Source: Nitrososphaerales archaeon | GTDB taxonomy: Archaea; Thermoproteota; Nitrososphaeria; Nitrososphaerales; JACPRH01 | Direction: 5' to 3' | Assembly: GCA_030745655.1 (NCBI GenBank) | Contig: JASLOE010000003.1 | Location: forward strand, 4,165 to 68,164 | DNA: 64,000 nt | In this document: positions 9,761-19,806 of the stretch, piece after piece | Layout: each line of letters starts with the position of its first letter | How positions within the stretch are numbered: the stretch's first letter is position 1 | Position numbers and translations under genes: made by a program | The notes under the pieces: generated by a model | What the model was told of the DNA's origin: nothing | The model's database searches: none | The model's input: only the letters and a program-made list of their open reading frames with translations

Positions 9761-10966
9761 ATGATATTAGGGATAATAGGGAAACCTAATGTAGGAAAAT
9801 CAACCTTCTTCAATGCCGCTACTTTGCTCAATGTCCCAATGGCAAGCTACCCTTTCACCACTATTGAACCAAACTTTGGAGTAACATATGTAAGTACTGA
9901 TTGTGTATGTAGAACACTAAATGTAGAAGATACCCCTGTAAATTCTCGTTGCATAAATGGTAAACGTCTTATTCCAATTAAGATAGTGGATATAGCAGGT
10001 CTCGTGAGAGGAGCTGCTGATGGAAGAGGATTAGGAAACAAATTTTTAGATGACATTAGACAGGCCAACGTATTAATTCATATAATCGATGCATCAGGAT
10101 TAACTGACGATGAGGGTGTAACAACAGAAAAAGTGAATAACAATCCGATCAATGACATAAATTTTGTTGAAAAAGAATTTGATCTATGGTTAAAGCAGTT
10201 ACTACTGAAAGATTGGCAACGAATAGCCAATAAATCTGAGACTAATAGTGGAAAAACAGCAGAGATGATCGCAGAAAGGTTGAGTGGACTTTCTATAACA
10301 GAAAAACATATCCGAAATGCTGCAGAAAAAATAAATCTAATAATAGAAAAACTTACAAGTTGGAGTGACGATGAGATTATGAATTTTTGTAGTTCTCTAC
10401 GGGAATTATCAAAACCATCCATAATTGCAGCTAATAAGATTGATAATCCAAATGCAAAAGAAAATATTGATTATCTCAAGTCAACCGGCAGATTATTTGT
10501 TCCTTGTGCTGCTGAAGCAGAACTCCTCCTTAAGAAAGCTGCAGAAATAAAGATGATAGAATATTTGCCTGGAGAACCAACATTCAACATTTTGAACTCA
10601 AATAACCTAACTAATGCTCAAATCAGCGCCTTAGAAATGGTTAAAAAAAATGTTTTGGATATTTGGGGTTCTACAGGTATTCAGACGATAATAAATTCAG
10701 CCTATCTTGACTTGTTAAATGGGATAATAGTTTATCCTGTTGAGGACGAGAATAAGTTAACTGACAAGAAAGGCAACATTCTCCCAGATGCCTATATAAT
10801 GCAGAAAGGATCTACAGCTAAAAATCTGGCATTCACTATCCATAGTGACCTTGGAGAGACTTTTGTACATGCAATCAATGTCAAAACAGGCCTAAGATTA
10901 GGTGCAGATTATATTCTAAAAGATTCGGATATTATAAAAATAGTTTCAAAATCTAGTAGAGGTTGA
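9761..10966 (+). CDS. Obg-like GTP-binding protein, YchF/OLA1 family
   Basis: 401 aa. P-loop GKPNVGKSTFFNA at residue 7, DIAGLVRGA (G3), a helical insert and a TGS-like C-terminus (GDYILKDSDIIKIV). Confidence 0.8.
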   Translation: MILGIIGKPNVGKSTFFNAATLLNVPMASYPFTTIEPNFGVTYVSTDCVCRTLNVEDTPVNSRCINGKRLIPIKIVDIAGLVRGAADGRGLGNKFLDDIRQANVLIHIIDASGLTDDEGVTTEKVNNNPINDINFVEKEFDLWLKQLLLKDWQRIANKSETNSGKTAEMIAERLSGLSITEKHIRNAAEKINLIIEKLTSWSDDEIMNFCSSLRELSKPSIIAANKIDNPNAKENIDYLKSTGRLFVPCAAEAELLLKKAAEIKMIEYLPGEPTFNILNSNNLTNAQISALEMVKKNVLDIWGSTGIQTIINSAYLDLLNGIIVYPVEDENKLTDKKGNILPDAYIMQKGSTAKNLAFTIHSDLGETFVHAINVKTGLRLGADYILKDSDIIKIVSKSSRG

Positions 10967-10974
10967 ATTACTCT

Positions 10975-11562
10975 TTATTCAAATATCTGGAATCTTCGAT
11001 AATAGTAGATTCCAACATAAAAGGTGAATAGAATAGCTACAATATATGGAGTAAGTGAATTTAAAACAGATAGGTTTCGGAAAGTTGAATTCTCTATCAA
11101 AAAAGACTTTTCCAGAACACCAGCATTAGTGATAACCATTACATCATAAGCACCATCTTTAGTGGTGAGATCGGCTGGTAATGTACTCAACCTAATAATA
11201 CCATATCCCCCTGGAGGTACTATTCTTGAATAATAGAAATATCCATTAGCATCAAATATGTAGGATCTCATCGTATCGATATTATGGTTTTTTTCATTGA
11301 TGTGTATAGATCGAACCCATAAAAAGCGATTACTAGGATTTGTTACAGTTATTGTTATTGTATCATTTGGAATATTATCCTGACCAAAACTCATGGTTTC
11401 CACATTGCCTGAAAGCGAGTAATTTGCCGGTACTTGCCACCAATTGTCATTAGTATATCCATAGCTTCCTGCTTTAACTACATTCCCATAATATCCAGCG
11501 AAAACTAGGATTATAGATATGGTGGAAATTATTAAGATAATATGTACAATTATACGCTTCAT
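10975..11562 (-). CDS. Hypothetical membrane-anchored (probably surface-exposed) protein
   Basis: 195 aa. N-terminal hydrophobic signal/anchor, beta-rich middle with several N-x-S/T sequons, and a C-terminal TM helix followed by YYYRRF. Confidence 0.5.
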   Translation of the reverse strand: MKRIIVHIILIISTISIILVFAGYYGNVVKAGSYGYTNDNWWQVPANYSLSGNVETMSFGQDNIPNDTITITVTNPSNRFLWVRSIHINEKNHNIDTMRSYIFDANGYFYYSRIVPPGGYGIIRLSTLPADLTTKDGAYDVMVITNAGVLEKSFLIENSTFRNLSVLNSLTPYIVAILFTFYVGIYYYRRFQIFE

Positions 11563-11624
11563 TATAATATCACAAACTTTTTATCAATAATAGAAATTAT
11601 TGTGCACTGTTTAAGCTTTTTTAT

Positions 11625-12626
11625 CTATACCGGGGAATACATTTTCTCACGGCCATCCCTAAGAGAAGATCTCTTTTTCACTAAACCCCTGTCAAGGAGG
11701 ATTGATAACGCTAAACTGACTGTCCTGTCAGGGAGCATTGTCTTTTTCAGGATATCTCTTCGACTCAAGGGTCCCTCATATTCCAAGGTCTTTAGCATCA
11801 GCTTTGCGCTTGGTGACATAGCAAGAAGATCACGAGCAAGAATAATCTTTTTCGCCATCTTATTAGCTGTATGTGAAGTTTTAGCTAATCTAATGAGTCG
11901 AGCTGGATTTATTGACTTTGAAACTTCAACTATTCGGTCTATCTTTGAACGATAGACACCATCCACTATTATTTCACACTGAAGTCTACTGACTATATTA
12001 TCTATTTTCACTTTGGAATCTTCTGGAATAATCAAGGGTCTGCGTGTTATATCCAAAGAATTGACTGAAACAATAGTAAACACATTAGCCTTTGGCAATA
12101 TCATTGGTCCACCAGTTGACATAGCATATGCAGTTGAGCCAGTAGGAGTAGCAATAATCAATCCATCGCTACTGTCAGTCCATATTTCTTCATCATCCAC
12201 TTTTAATGTATATTCGAGAAGGGTGGCCGATCTATGTGGGAAGATTGCAACTTCATTGACAGCTGGTGGAAATTCCTTAGTATCTGTTTTTACTGTTAGA
12301 GTTTTAGATTCCTCCACATCGAATTTTCCTTTTGAGATTTGGGGGATTACTTGTCTAAGTTTGGATAATCCGATTTCAGTGAGAAATTTTTCGTCTTCAT
12401 TTTCATTTACACCGAGAATAGGGATATTCAGTTTGAAAATTTTATGAAAAGTCTTTAGTATATCATTATCATTACCCAATGTGAGTACAAAGTCTCCCCA
12501 TTCTGCATCTGTGGGAGAGATTTCGTCTACAGTTCTGAATTTTATAGCGTTTTCTCTAAGACTTTCTAAAATACTAAGTAGAGCTCTTTCAGACCGCCTT
12601 GGAGACATTATTAAGATATTAATCAA
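11625..12626 (-). CDS. nadK: NAD kinase fused to a C-terminal winged-helix DNA-binding domain
   Basis: 333 aa. NAD kinase motifs TLGNDNDIL and SDGLIIATPTGSTAYAMSTGGP. The last ~75 aa (SPSAKLMLKTLEYEGPLSRRDILKKTMLPDRTVSLALSILLDRGLVKKRSSLRDGREKMY) read as a MarR/TrmB-type wHTH. TTG start. Confidence 0.85.
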   Translation of the reverse strand: MINILIMSPRRSERALLSILESLRENAIKFRTVDEISPTDAEWGDFVLTLGNDNDILKTFHKIFKLNIPILGVNENEDEKFLTEIGLSKLRQVIPQISKGKFDVEESKTLTVKTDTKEFPPAVNEVAIFPHRSATLLEYTLKVDDEEIWTDSSDGLIIATPTGSTAYAMSTGGPMILPKANVFTIVSVNSLDITRRPLIIPEDSKVKIDNIVSRLQCEIIVDGVYRSKIDRIVEVSKSINPARLIRLAKTSHTANKMAKKIILARDLLAMSPSAKLMLKTLEYEGPLSRRDILKKTMLPDRTVSLALSILLDRGLVKKRSSLRDGREKMYSPV

Positions 12627-12653
12627 TTAATCCTCAACAGTATTTACCTTAAG

Positions 12654-12665
12654 CATACTTGTATG
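12654..12665. promoter_or_regulatory. Palindrome CATACTTGTATG in the nadK / nadC divergent intergenic region (candidate operator)
   Basis: 5-bp perfect arms with a 2-nt centre, the only palindrome I see in the 80-nt spacer. A function is purely inferred. Confidence 0.2.
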
Positions 12666-12706
12666 TATTTTTTCTGCTTATTTCTAAAACTTTATCTTGG
12701 TTCTAA

Positions 12707-13594
12707 ATGAATAGACTAGAGGAAAAATTGATAGAATCTCAAAAAGAGATGATTGAACCTAATTTAACTTTAAAGATATTTGAATTCCTCCGTGAAGATT
12801 TAGGTTCTGGAGATATTACAACCGACTCTATTATCGATAATGAAATAGATGCGAAAGCAAAGATTGTCTGTTATGAAAAAGCAGTAATATCTGGTGTAGA
12901 AGAAGCTGTCCTAACATTCAACATGCTAAAGTGCTCAGCTCAAGGTTTGATAAAGGATGGAGATTCTGTTGAAGCCGATACTGAAATCATTAAGGTAAGT
13001 GGTAAAGCAAGATCAATTCTGAAGGCTGAAAGGACTGCTCTTAATATTTTGGGGCGAATGTCTGGAGTAGCCACTGAAACAAATAAGCTGATTAAAGAGG
13101 CTAAACAGGTCAACAAAAAGATCAGAGTTGCAGCAACCCGCAAAACTCTACCCGGTTTAAGAATATTTGATAAGAAGGCTGTTAAAGCTGGGGGTGGTGA
13201 TACTCATCGATTTCAACTTGATGATGCTGTTCTTATCAAGGATAATCACCTCAAAATTACTGGTTCAATATCAACAACTATTAAATTGGCAAGAAAGAAT
13301 GTTAGTTTCACAAAGAAAATAGAGGTTGAAGTTTCGTCAGCAGAAGAAGCTTTAGAGGCAGTTGAAGCTGGAGTAGATATTATTCTTCTAGATAATATGG
13401 TACCACAAGAAATTTCAAAAATAATTACGATTCTAAGAGAAAAACAACTGAGAAAGGGAGTATTTCTCGAAGCTTCTGGAGGAATTAAAATAGAGAATAT
13501 TAGGATGTACAGTGAAACAGGTGTTGATGCTGTTTCTCTTGGGGTTATAACCCATTCAGCAAAGAACATCGACTTTGGCCTTGAAATAGTTTGA
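12707..13594 (+). CDS. nadC: Nicotinate-nucleotide pyrophosphorylase (quinolinate phosphoribosyltransferase)
   Basis: 295 aa. ERTALNILGRMSGVAT, TRKTLPGLR, GGGDTHRF and LLDNM motifs. Confidence 0.9.
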   Translation: MNRLEEKLIESQKEMIEPNLTLKIFEFLREDLGSGDITTDSIIDNEIDAKAKIVCYEKAVISGVEEAVLTFNMLKCSAQGLIKDGDSVEADTEIIKVSGKARSILKAERTALNILGRMSGVATETNKLIKEAKQVNKKIRVAATRKTLPGLRIFDKKAVKAGGGDTHRFQLDDAVLIKDNHLKITGSISTTIKLARKNVSFTKKIEVEVSSAEEALEAVEAGVDIILLDNMVPQEISKIITILREKQLRKGVFLEASGGIKIENIRMYSETGVDAVSLGVITHSAKNIDFGLEIV

Positions 13595-13612
13595 GCAAAG
13601 GAGATACAAAAC

Positions 13613-14440
13613 TTGGTACGAGTAGGATTAATTGGATGTGGTGCAATTGGATCTACATTGGCAAAAGCTATTGATTCTGGTGAAGTAAATAATGCGGATC
13701 TAGTAGCTGTATTTGACTTGATTGGTGACCAAGCAAATGACCTTGTAGGCAAACTTAAGAAAAAACCTAAGAAATATCATGAATTCAATTCGTTTCTAAG
13801 AAATAGTGATGCAGAGATAATAGTGGAAGCAGCTTCACAGGAAGCTGCCATTATTTATTCTGAAAAAGTAATTGCATCTGGAATGGATATCCTCATTATG
13901 AGCGCAGGCGCCCTTCTTGATAAAGAATTTCTTAGCAGGATTAAAGAAACAGCTAAAAAAAATAATAAAAAAGTACTAGTGCCCTCAGGTGCTATAGGTG
14001 GATTAGATGCTGTAAAAGCTGCTAAATATGAAGGATTAGAAAGAGTTGTTTTAACTATACGTAAGAAACCAGAATCATTCAAGGACTCACCTCATTTCAA
14101 AAGTACAGTTAAATCTCACAGTGATTTGGATAAACCCAAAGTTTTATTTCAAGGATGCGCTAATGACGCTGTAAAGCTTTTCCCAGCTAATGTTAATGTT
14201 TCAGCATCTTTAAGCTTGGCTGGAATTGGTGGAAAGAATACAGTAGTTAGAATTATCGCAGACCCTACAATAACCACGAATATCCATGAAATAAGTATCA
14301 AAGGAAAGTTCGGAAAGTTAAAGATTCAATTAGAGAATTATACACATCCTTCAAATCCAAAAACGAGTTACTTAGCAGTTCTCTCAGCAATAGAGACATT
14401 AAGGTCAAATATTTCAGGAAATATCAAAGTTGGAACATGA
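13613..14440 (+). CDS. nadX: L-aspartate dehydrogenase
   Basis: 275 aa. VGLIGCGAIG Rossmann fold, PSGAIGGLD and the C-terminal NPKTSYLAVLSA motif. Lies between nadC and nadA. TTG start. Confidence 0.85.
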   Translation: MVRVGLIGCGAIGSTLAKAIDSGEVNNADLVAVFDLIGDQANDLVGKLKKKPKKYHEFNSFLRNSDAEIIVEAASQEAAIIYSEKVIASGMDILIMSAGALLDKEFLSRIKETAKKNNKKVLVPSGAIGGLDAVKAAKYEGLERVVLTIRKKPESFKDSPHFKSTVKSHSDLDKPKVLFQGCANDAVKLFPANVNVSASLSLAGIGGKNTVVRIIADPTITTNIHEISIKGKFGKLKIQLENYTHPSNPKTSYLAVLSAIETLRSNISGNIKVGT

Positions 14441-14544
14441 TATATGAAAATAAATTTCATCGGCAATTTTTGCCGAAGTTTTGGAACTGATTTAACCGTT
14501 TGCACGTAAAATATCTTATATTAATATCCAAGAACTGATCTAAA

Positions 14545-15519
14545 ATGAGGCATAAGATGGAGAGACTCGAAACAAAGCAGATAGACCATATGATAGATGA
14601 CATTCAAAGATTGAAGGAGTCACGAAATGCTGTTATTTTAGCACATAACTATCAAATAGGTGAAATACAAGATATAGCTGATTTTACGGGAGACTCGTTA
14701 AAGCTCTCACAAGAGGCAGCTGAAACAGAGGCAGAAGTAATCATATTTTGTGGAGTTAATTTTATGGCAGAGACAGCTGCTATATTATCCCCAGAGAAAA
14801 CAGTCTTAGTACCAGATCCTGAAGCAGGTTGCTCCTTGGCAGATACAATAAGTATAGATCAACTAAAAGCTTGGAAAAATAAGTATACAAATGCGGTTGT
14901 AGTTTCATATATCAACACAACTGCAGAAATTAAAGCTGAAAGTGATTATTGTTGTACTTCAACAAATGCTCTTAAAGTTATTAATGCAATTCCATCTGAT
15001 AAAGAAATTCTTTTTTTACCAGATATATTCTTAGGTACGTATCTGCAAACAATAACAGGACGAAAGCTACAACTTTGGCCTGGAGAGTGTCATGTTCATG
15101 CAGGCATACTACCAAGTGTAGTTAACAATCTTAGAGATCAACACCCAGATGCAGAGTTCTTAGTCCATCCTGAATGTGGATGCCTAACTCCAAGCATGTA
15201 TTACCTAGCCAACGGAAACATATCATCAAAGAATGCACATATTCTATCGACTGAAGGTATGATAAGGCGTGCCAAGGAATCGTGTGCTGATAGATTCATA
15301 ATTGCCACTGAAGTGGGTATACTTCATAGAATGAAGCAAGATAATCCTTGCAAGACCTTTCTACCAGTTAATCCAGATGCAGTGTGCGAATACATGAAGC
15401 GGACCACTCTTGATACCGTATACAAATCTCTTCAAGAAATGATTTATCCTGTAACAATACCAAAGAATATTTCGATAAAGGCAAAAAGGGCAATAGATAA
15501 GATGATTGAGTTAGCTTAA
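14545..15519 (+). CDS. nadA: Quinolinate synthase
   Basis: 324 aa. ILAHNYQ, FCGVNFMAETA, YINT and HPEC motifs of NadA. Confidence 0.9.
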   Translation: MRHKMERLETKQIDHMIDDIQRLKESRNAVILAHNYQIGEIQDIADFTGDSLKLSQEAAETEAEVIIFCGVNFMAETAAILSPEKTVLVPDPEAGCSLADTISIDQLKAWKNKYTNAVVVSYINTTAEIKAESDYCCTSTNALKVINAIPSDKEILFLPDIFLGTYLQTITGRKLQLWPGECHVHAGILPSVVNNLRDQHPDAEFLVHPECGCLTPSMYYLANGNISSKNAHILSTEGMIRRAKESCADRFIIATEVGILHRMKQDNPCKTFLPVNPDAVCEYMKRTTLDTVYKSLQEMIYPVTIPKNISIKAKRAIDKMIELA

Positions 15520-16196
15520 CTGGAAGACATTGGTGTAACGACAACATCGACTTCTTCAACTTCATCGGTTTCGGGTTTTAAGGTCACCATATCTTCTACC
15601 TCAATCGATGGTTTCTCAATAAGTTTAGTCTTACTCACACCTACGTGCCGTAATCTAGATATTTTTTTAGCAGCATTATAGATATCAGATGCAATCTTTC
15701 CTAATACAGCTTCTTGGGCGAATTGATTATAGGTCAGCTCAGTGGCCTTTCTCTGTAGAACTTCATCGGTAACACTTCGGATTGCATGTTTTCTTGAGGT
15801 GTTTAGCCGGCCCAAAGTAAAAACTACTATTTGTGCTTGGACAACAGCTTGGTCTCGAGTAGTGAAGTTCTTTATTAACCGTATACTTGAAGATCCTCTT
15901 CGCACCATACTTCTAAGATATTCGCGAGAATACTCATGGCCTTTCGCAATAGTTTGAGCAATATCACCTTCTATAGATTCTATCTGAAAATAAAGTTTAA
16001 TCGAGTAATGTTGAGGATCCTGCTTTAAGATATCGAAAAGTGTAGTTCCAACTACTCTTCCGATCGCTTTATCGTCACTTGTAACAGGAATATATGCTAC
16101 GGAATCCCCACCGAAGGGTAAAGGAGCTTTTACAATGAGCCACCTCTTTATCCGCCACTTATCCCTTATTTTCTGTCTCTTTCTTCCTCTAGCCAT
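15516..16196 (-). CDS. rps3ae: 30S ribosomal protein S3Ae (eS1)
   Basis: 226 aa. MARGRKRQKIRDKWRIKRW N-terminus typical of S3Ae. Confidence 0.95.
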   Translation of the reverse strand: MARGRKRQKIRDKWRIKRWLIVKAPLPFGGDSVAYIPVTSDDKAIGRVVGTTLFDILKQDPQHYSIKLYFQIESIEGDIAQTIAKGHEYSREYLRSMVRRGSSSIRLIKNFTTRDQAVVQAQIVVFTLGRLNTSRKHAIRSVTDEVLQRKATELTYNQFAQEAVLGKIASDIYNAAKKISRLRHVGVSKTKLIEKPSIEVEDMVTLKPETDEVEEVDVVVTPMSSS

Positions 16197-16344
16197 ACTT
16201 GAGCACTAAACCCATCGAAGATTAGGATATAAGTTATGCGTTATTATCTAGCTATATATTGTCAGGAGATATCTAATTTAATGCTAGTTAAGATATAAAA
16301 TCAAACAGACTAATTATGATTCCATTTTCGAAAATAATTTTTAA

Positions 16345-17631
16345 TTATGGTGATTTCTTATTGGCCTTGATGATTTCAAGATTACCTACATATGGTTTAA
16401 GAGGTTTCGGAACTTTTATTGATCCGTCCTTCAACTGATGATTTTCCATTATTGCGATAAGGGTACGTTCTGTTGCCACTAAGGTACTGTTTAGAGTATG
16501 GACAAATTTTGATTGTTCATGTGGTTTATCTCTGTATTTCACAAGTAATCCTCTAGCCTGATAATCAGTACAATTACTACATGATACTAATTCTCTATAT
16601 TTCTGCTGACCTGGGAACCAAGCTTCAAGATCATATGTTTTTGAAGAAACCTTCCCCAATTCTCCTCCGCACAGGGAAACGATTCTATAGGGTATTTGTA
16701 AAGCATCAAAAAAGTCTTCAGCATTCTTAATCATAAGCTCATGTTCGTTTTGAGATTCATTTGGCTTTGAAAATGAAAATTGCTCAACTTTCTCAAACTG
16801 ATGAACTCTAAATATTCCTTTAGTGTCTCTACCATGAGCGCCCACCTCTTTTCTGAAACAGGGGCTTATGCCCGCATATCTGAGAGGCAAGTCTTCTCCT
16901 TTTACCACCTCATTCATGTACATTGAGGCAATTGCATGCTCTGAAGTTCCAATAAGATAAAGATCTTCATCATCTATTTTATAGATTACATCTTCAAAAT
17001 CAGATAATATTATTGAACCACTAATTGCTTCCCTCTTTAACATATACGGTGGTTGAATAATAGTCCATCTTCTGCTATCCAGAAAGTCGAGTGCGAAGTT
17101 AATCAAGGCATAGTTTAATCTAACTAAATCATCTTTCAGAAAATAAAAGCGGGCACCAGATATTTTACTAGCACGTTCCAAATCCACCAATCCTAAATTA
17201 TTGGTAAGTTCTATGTGATCAAGCGGCTTAAAGTTAAAGGTAGGAGGCTTACTGTTATACCTAAGCACTACATTATCCTTTTCTCCAATTCCATTTGGAA
17301 CAGTTTCATCAGGAATGTTAGGAAGACCACTCACTAATTTATAGAGATGTTGATCTATATCTCTAATCCTTTTGTCACCAGAAGCGATTCGCTGAGAGAT
17401 TTCCTTGGTTTCAAGTATCTTATTAGAGACATCAATATTCTCAGTCTTCATTCTCGATATCTCATCAGATATGACATTTCTTTTGTGTTTCAGATCCTGA
17501 ATATTCGTTACAAGAACCCTGCGTTCTTTATCAAGTTCTAAAAGGGTAGAAAAAGGATATTTCAGATGTCTCTTCTTAAGCATTTGTTGAACTTTTTGGG
17601 GATTATTCCTTACAAGATACATATCAAGCAT
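16345..17631 (-). CDS. serS: Seryl-tRNA synthetase
   Basis: 428 aa. N-terminal coiled-coil arm and class II motifs (YAGISPCFRKEVGAHGRDTKGIFRVHQFEKVEQF, NSTLVATERTLIAIMEN). Confidence 0.95.
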   Translation of the reverse strand: MLDMYLVRNNPQKVQQMLKKRHLKYPFSTLLELDKERRVLVTNIQDLKHKRNVISDEISRMKTENIDVSNKILETKEISQRIASGDKRIRDIDQHLYKLVSGLPNIPDETVPNGIGEKDNVVLRYNSKPPTFNFKPLDHIELTNNLGLVDLERASKISGARFYFLKDDLVRLNYALINFALDFLDSRRWTIIQPPYMLKREAISGSIILSDFEDVIYKIDDEDLYLIGTSEHAIASMYMNEVVKGEDLPLRYAGISPCFRKEVGAHGRDTKGIFRVHQFEKVEQFSFSKPNESQNEHELMIKNAEDFFDALQIPYRIVSLCGGELGKVSSKTYDLEAWFPGQQKYRELVSCSNCTDYQARGLLVKYRDKPHEQSKFVHTLNSTLVATERTLIAIMENHQLKDGSIKVPKPLKPYVGNLEIIKANKKSP

Positions 17632-17634
17632 AAT

Positions 17635-17886
17635 CTATCTAACCTTCAAACTATTCAATGTATTACAGGTAATTTGAATTGATTCTATTAAATCGTCAAT
17701 GGTTGATAGAAGTGACAGTATCTCGTTTTTTGATGTGAGATTAAAGATCAGAGTTTTGCCTAATCTATTCATTTTAAAGCTTATTCCATCTGGAAAGCTG
17801 ATATTATCAGGTTCTAGAGATCTATATACCGAATTAAGGAGATTTTCATCCTGAAAAATCATAGAAATATCAACCGTTATTTTCAA
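17635..17886 (-). CDS. pcc1: KEOPS subunit Pcc1-like protein
   Basis: 83 aa. The pattern ISMIFQDENLLNSVYRSLEPD...GKTLIFNLTSKNEILSLLSTIDDLIESIQ matches my recollection of archaeal Pcc1 (I.F.se..A..vy.al.pE....l.i.i.a.d...LR). Confidence 0.55.
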   Translation of the reverse strand: MKITVDISMIFQDENLLNSVYRSLEPDNISFPDGISFKMNRLGKTLIFNLTSKNEILSLLSTIDDLIESIQITCNTLNSLKVR

Positions 17887-19291
17887 TATTATTCTGAAGC
17901 CTCTTATTAAGAATCTGTAGGAAAACTTTTAGATTAGATGTTGGAATTTTACAACCGGCAGCTGCTTCGTGACCTCCACCATTACCATTAAACTGGTCTA
18001 CTAGTTCTTTCACTATAATACCTAAATTAATTGAGTAATCCACTTGAGAGGGTCGCCTTAAAGAAATTTTGTAATTGCCAGTGGTTGTTGTACGTACTAA
18101 GAGTACCTTCGTTTCAAATTTTGCAACACCACTCAAAACAGATGCAAGAGACCCGACCATATCTTCATCCACTACTCCGTCACCTATTACCATGTTAAAT
18201 CCTTGCTTCTCCACTATTCTAGCATCATCTTCAAGAACCAGCTGTATCAATCTGCTTAGGGTTTTCCGATATTCTTTAAGAATCTGTTCACTTTCAAAAA
18301 GAAATTCACTTCGGTCACCTAAACATATCGAGACACCAACACCAGCTTGTTTCATTCTTCCGCATGCATTAAGGAGGGTCCCAAATTCTCTCACATCCCT
18401 GAGGGAAGAATGTTCATCTTCCTTTTCTAGTGTATAAACATCTCCAATAAGAGAATCCACATCATCATTTGCAGTATCAACTTGTGTAAGATATGGGATG
18501 ATTGATTCTATCACCTTCTTTTTTTCATTTTCATTCAAATCTGCCAGAGTTCTCCATCGACCATTTTGTTTCATTTCTAAACCAGCCGACGTAAGTGTTG
18601 CTAAACAAGCATCCCTGTTACCACTTAGACCGGGTATAAAGGGCATGGTCATTGAAGCTAGAGCCGCATAAACAGGTTTAGTTTCTCGACCATAAAGTAA
18701 GATATCTCTACTAACTTTTACTAAACCATTTTTTACAGCGTCGTCCAGTATCATTTTATTTAGACTTACGACAGATCGTTTCTCACCTTGATCTTGTCTA
18801 TCAGCAATCATTGCTACTACTGGTAACCAAGATAAATCTGAGTTATTATCATCAATCTTCTTAGCGATAAAATATGCCATGCCTGCAGTAGATATTTCTT
18901 TGCTTCCATCGTAGTCGAATTGCCAAGCATTAAAGACCTGTTTCATCTTCTTTTCTTTCTCTGAAATCTGATGATGATCCAACACTATCCATTTATCTTT
19001 GAGTGAATTTTCAATTTCAGTGCCTAATCCTGCACCTAATTCACAGAAAATATGAAAATCATATTCTCCTTTCTTAATTTCATTCAGTATCTCAAGGTTC
19101 ATTTCACTGTAAATTCGTATTATGCAATTACCTTTCTTTCGTTGGATTGTTTTACCAATTACACTGGCTGAGGTGATACCATCAGCATCTAAATGTCCAA
19201 TGATTAGAATAGTTTTTTTCTCATTAATAATACTGATAATGCGTTTACCTAAATCTTCAGCTACTTTTTCGAACTCTTTGAGTTGACTCAC
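17870..19291 (-). CDS. recJ: DHH/DHHA1 phosphoesterase, archaeal RecJ/GAN (Cdc45-like)
   Basis: 473 aa. DHH motifs IIGHLDADGITSASV and LDHHQ, and DHHA1 motif GNGGGHEAAAGC. Confidence 0.85.
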   Translation of the reverse strand: MSQLKEFEKVAEDLGKRIISIINEKKTILIIGHLDADGITSASVIGKTIQRKKGNCIIRIYSEMNLEILNEIKKGEYDFHIFCELGAGLGTEIENSLKDKWIVLDHHQISEKEKKMKQVFNAWQFDYDGSKEISTAGMAYFIAKKIDDNNSDLSWLPVVAMIADRQDQGEKRSVVSLNKMILDDAVKNGLVKVSRDILLYGRETKPVYAALASMTMPFIPGLSGNRDACLATLTSAGLEMKQNGRWRTLADLNENEKKKVIESIIPYLTQVDTANDDVDSLIGDVYTLEKEDEHSSLRDVREFGTLLNACGRMKQAGVGVSICLGDRSEFLFESEQILKEYRKTLSRLIQLVLEDDARIVEKQGFNMVIGDGVVDEDMVGSLASVLSGVAKFETKVLLVRTTTTGNYKISLRRPSQVDYSINLGIIVKELVDQFNGNGGGHEAAAGCKIPTSNLKVFLQILNKRLQNNIENNG

Positions 19292-19303
19292 ATTTATTCG
19301 CTA

Positions 19304-19753
19304 CTATGTAAGCTGTGCTACCTTGGATATATATTTCCAGTCAGGTGGCATAAAACCTAGTTTTTTGTAGCGCTTAGATAGACGATGAATTTTGGCTTCT
19401 ACCAACTCAAGGGATCTTACATTTTTCCGGTCACCAGTATTTTTCTTTAAGTGTAACTGAATCCCTCTTGCTCGCTTTACTAATAATTCAAGATCTTCAG
19501 GAATATCTTTTTCTAGATTGTGTGCTTTTAATATTTCATTTATAGATTTACCGATGAAATTCTTTAGTAGAGGAATGCCATACTCATCTCTAAGCTTCAC
19601 ACCTATCAAGCTTGGAGGAATCTCATCTTTAGCCATCTTAACTATCAGTGCTTCAACTTCGTCCTGACTGTATATTACCCAAGATGGTGAACTCTTAAAA
19701 GTAGGTCTTACTGAATGGGACTTACCTTTACTATGAGAATACATTCTACCCAA
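19304..19753 (-). CDS. rps15: 30S ribosomal protein S15 (uS15 / S13e)
   Basis: 149 aa. MGRMYSHSKGKSHSVRP N-terminus and a conserved C-terminal S15 domain. Confidence 0.95.
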   Translation of the reverse strand: MGRMYSHSKGKSHSVRPTFKSSPSWVIYSQDEVEALIVKMAKDEIPPSLIGVKLRDEYGIPLLKNFIGKSINEILKAHNLEKDIPEDLELLVKRARGIQLHLKKNTGDRKNVRSLELVEAKIHRLSKRYKKLGFMPPDWKYISKVAQLT

Positions 19754-19806
19754 ATTCTTCTCTGGCAGACTTCAATTGTAATTACAACATAAAGATTGCG
19801 TTAACA

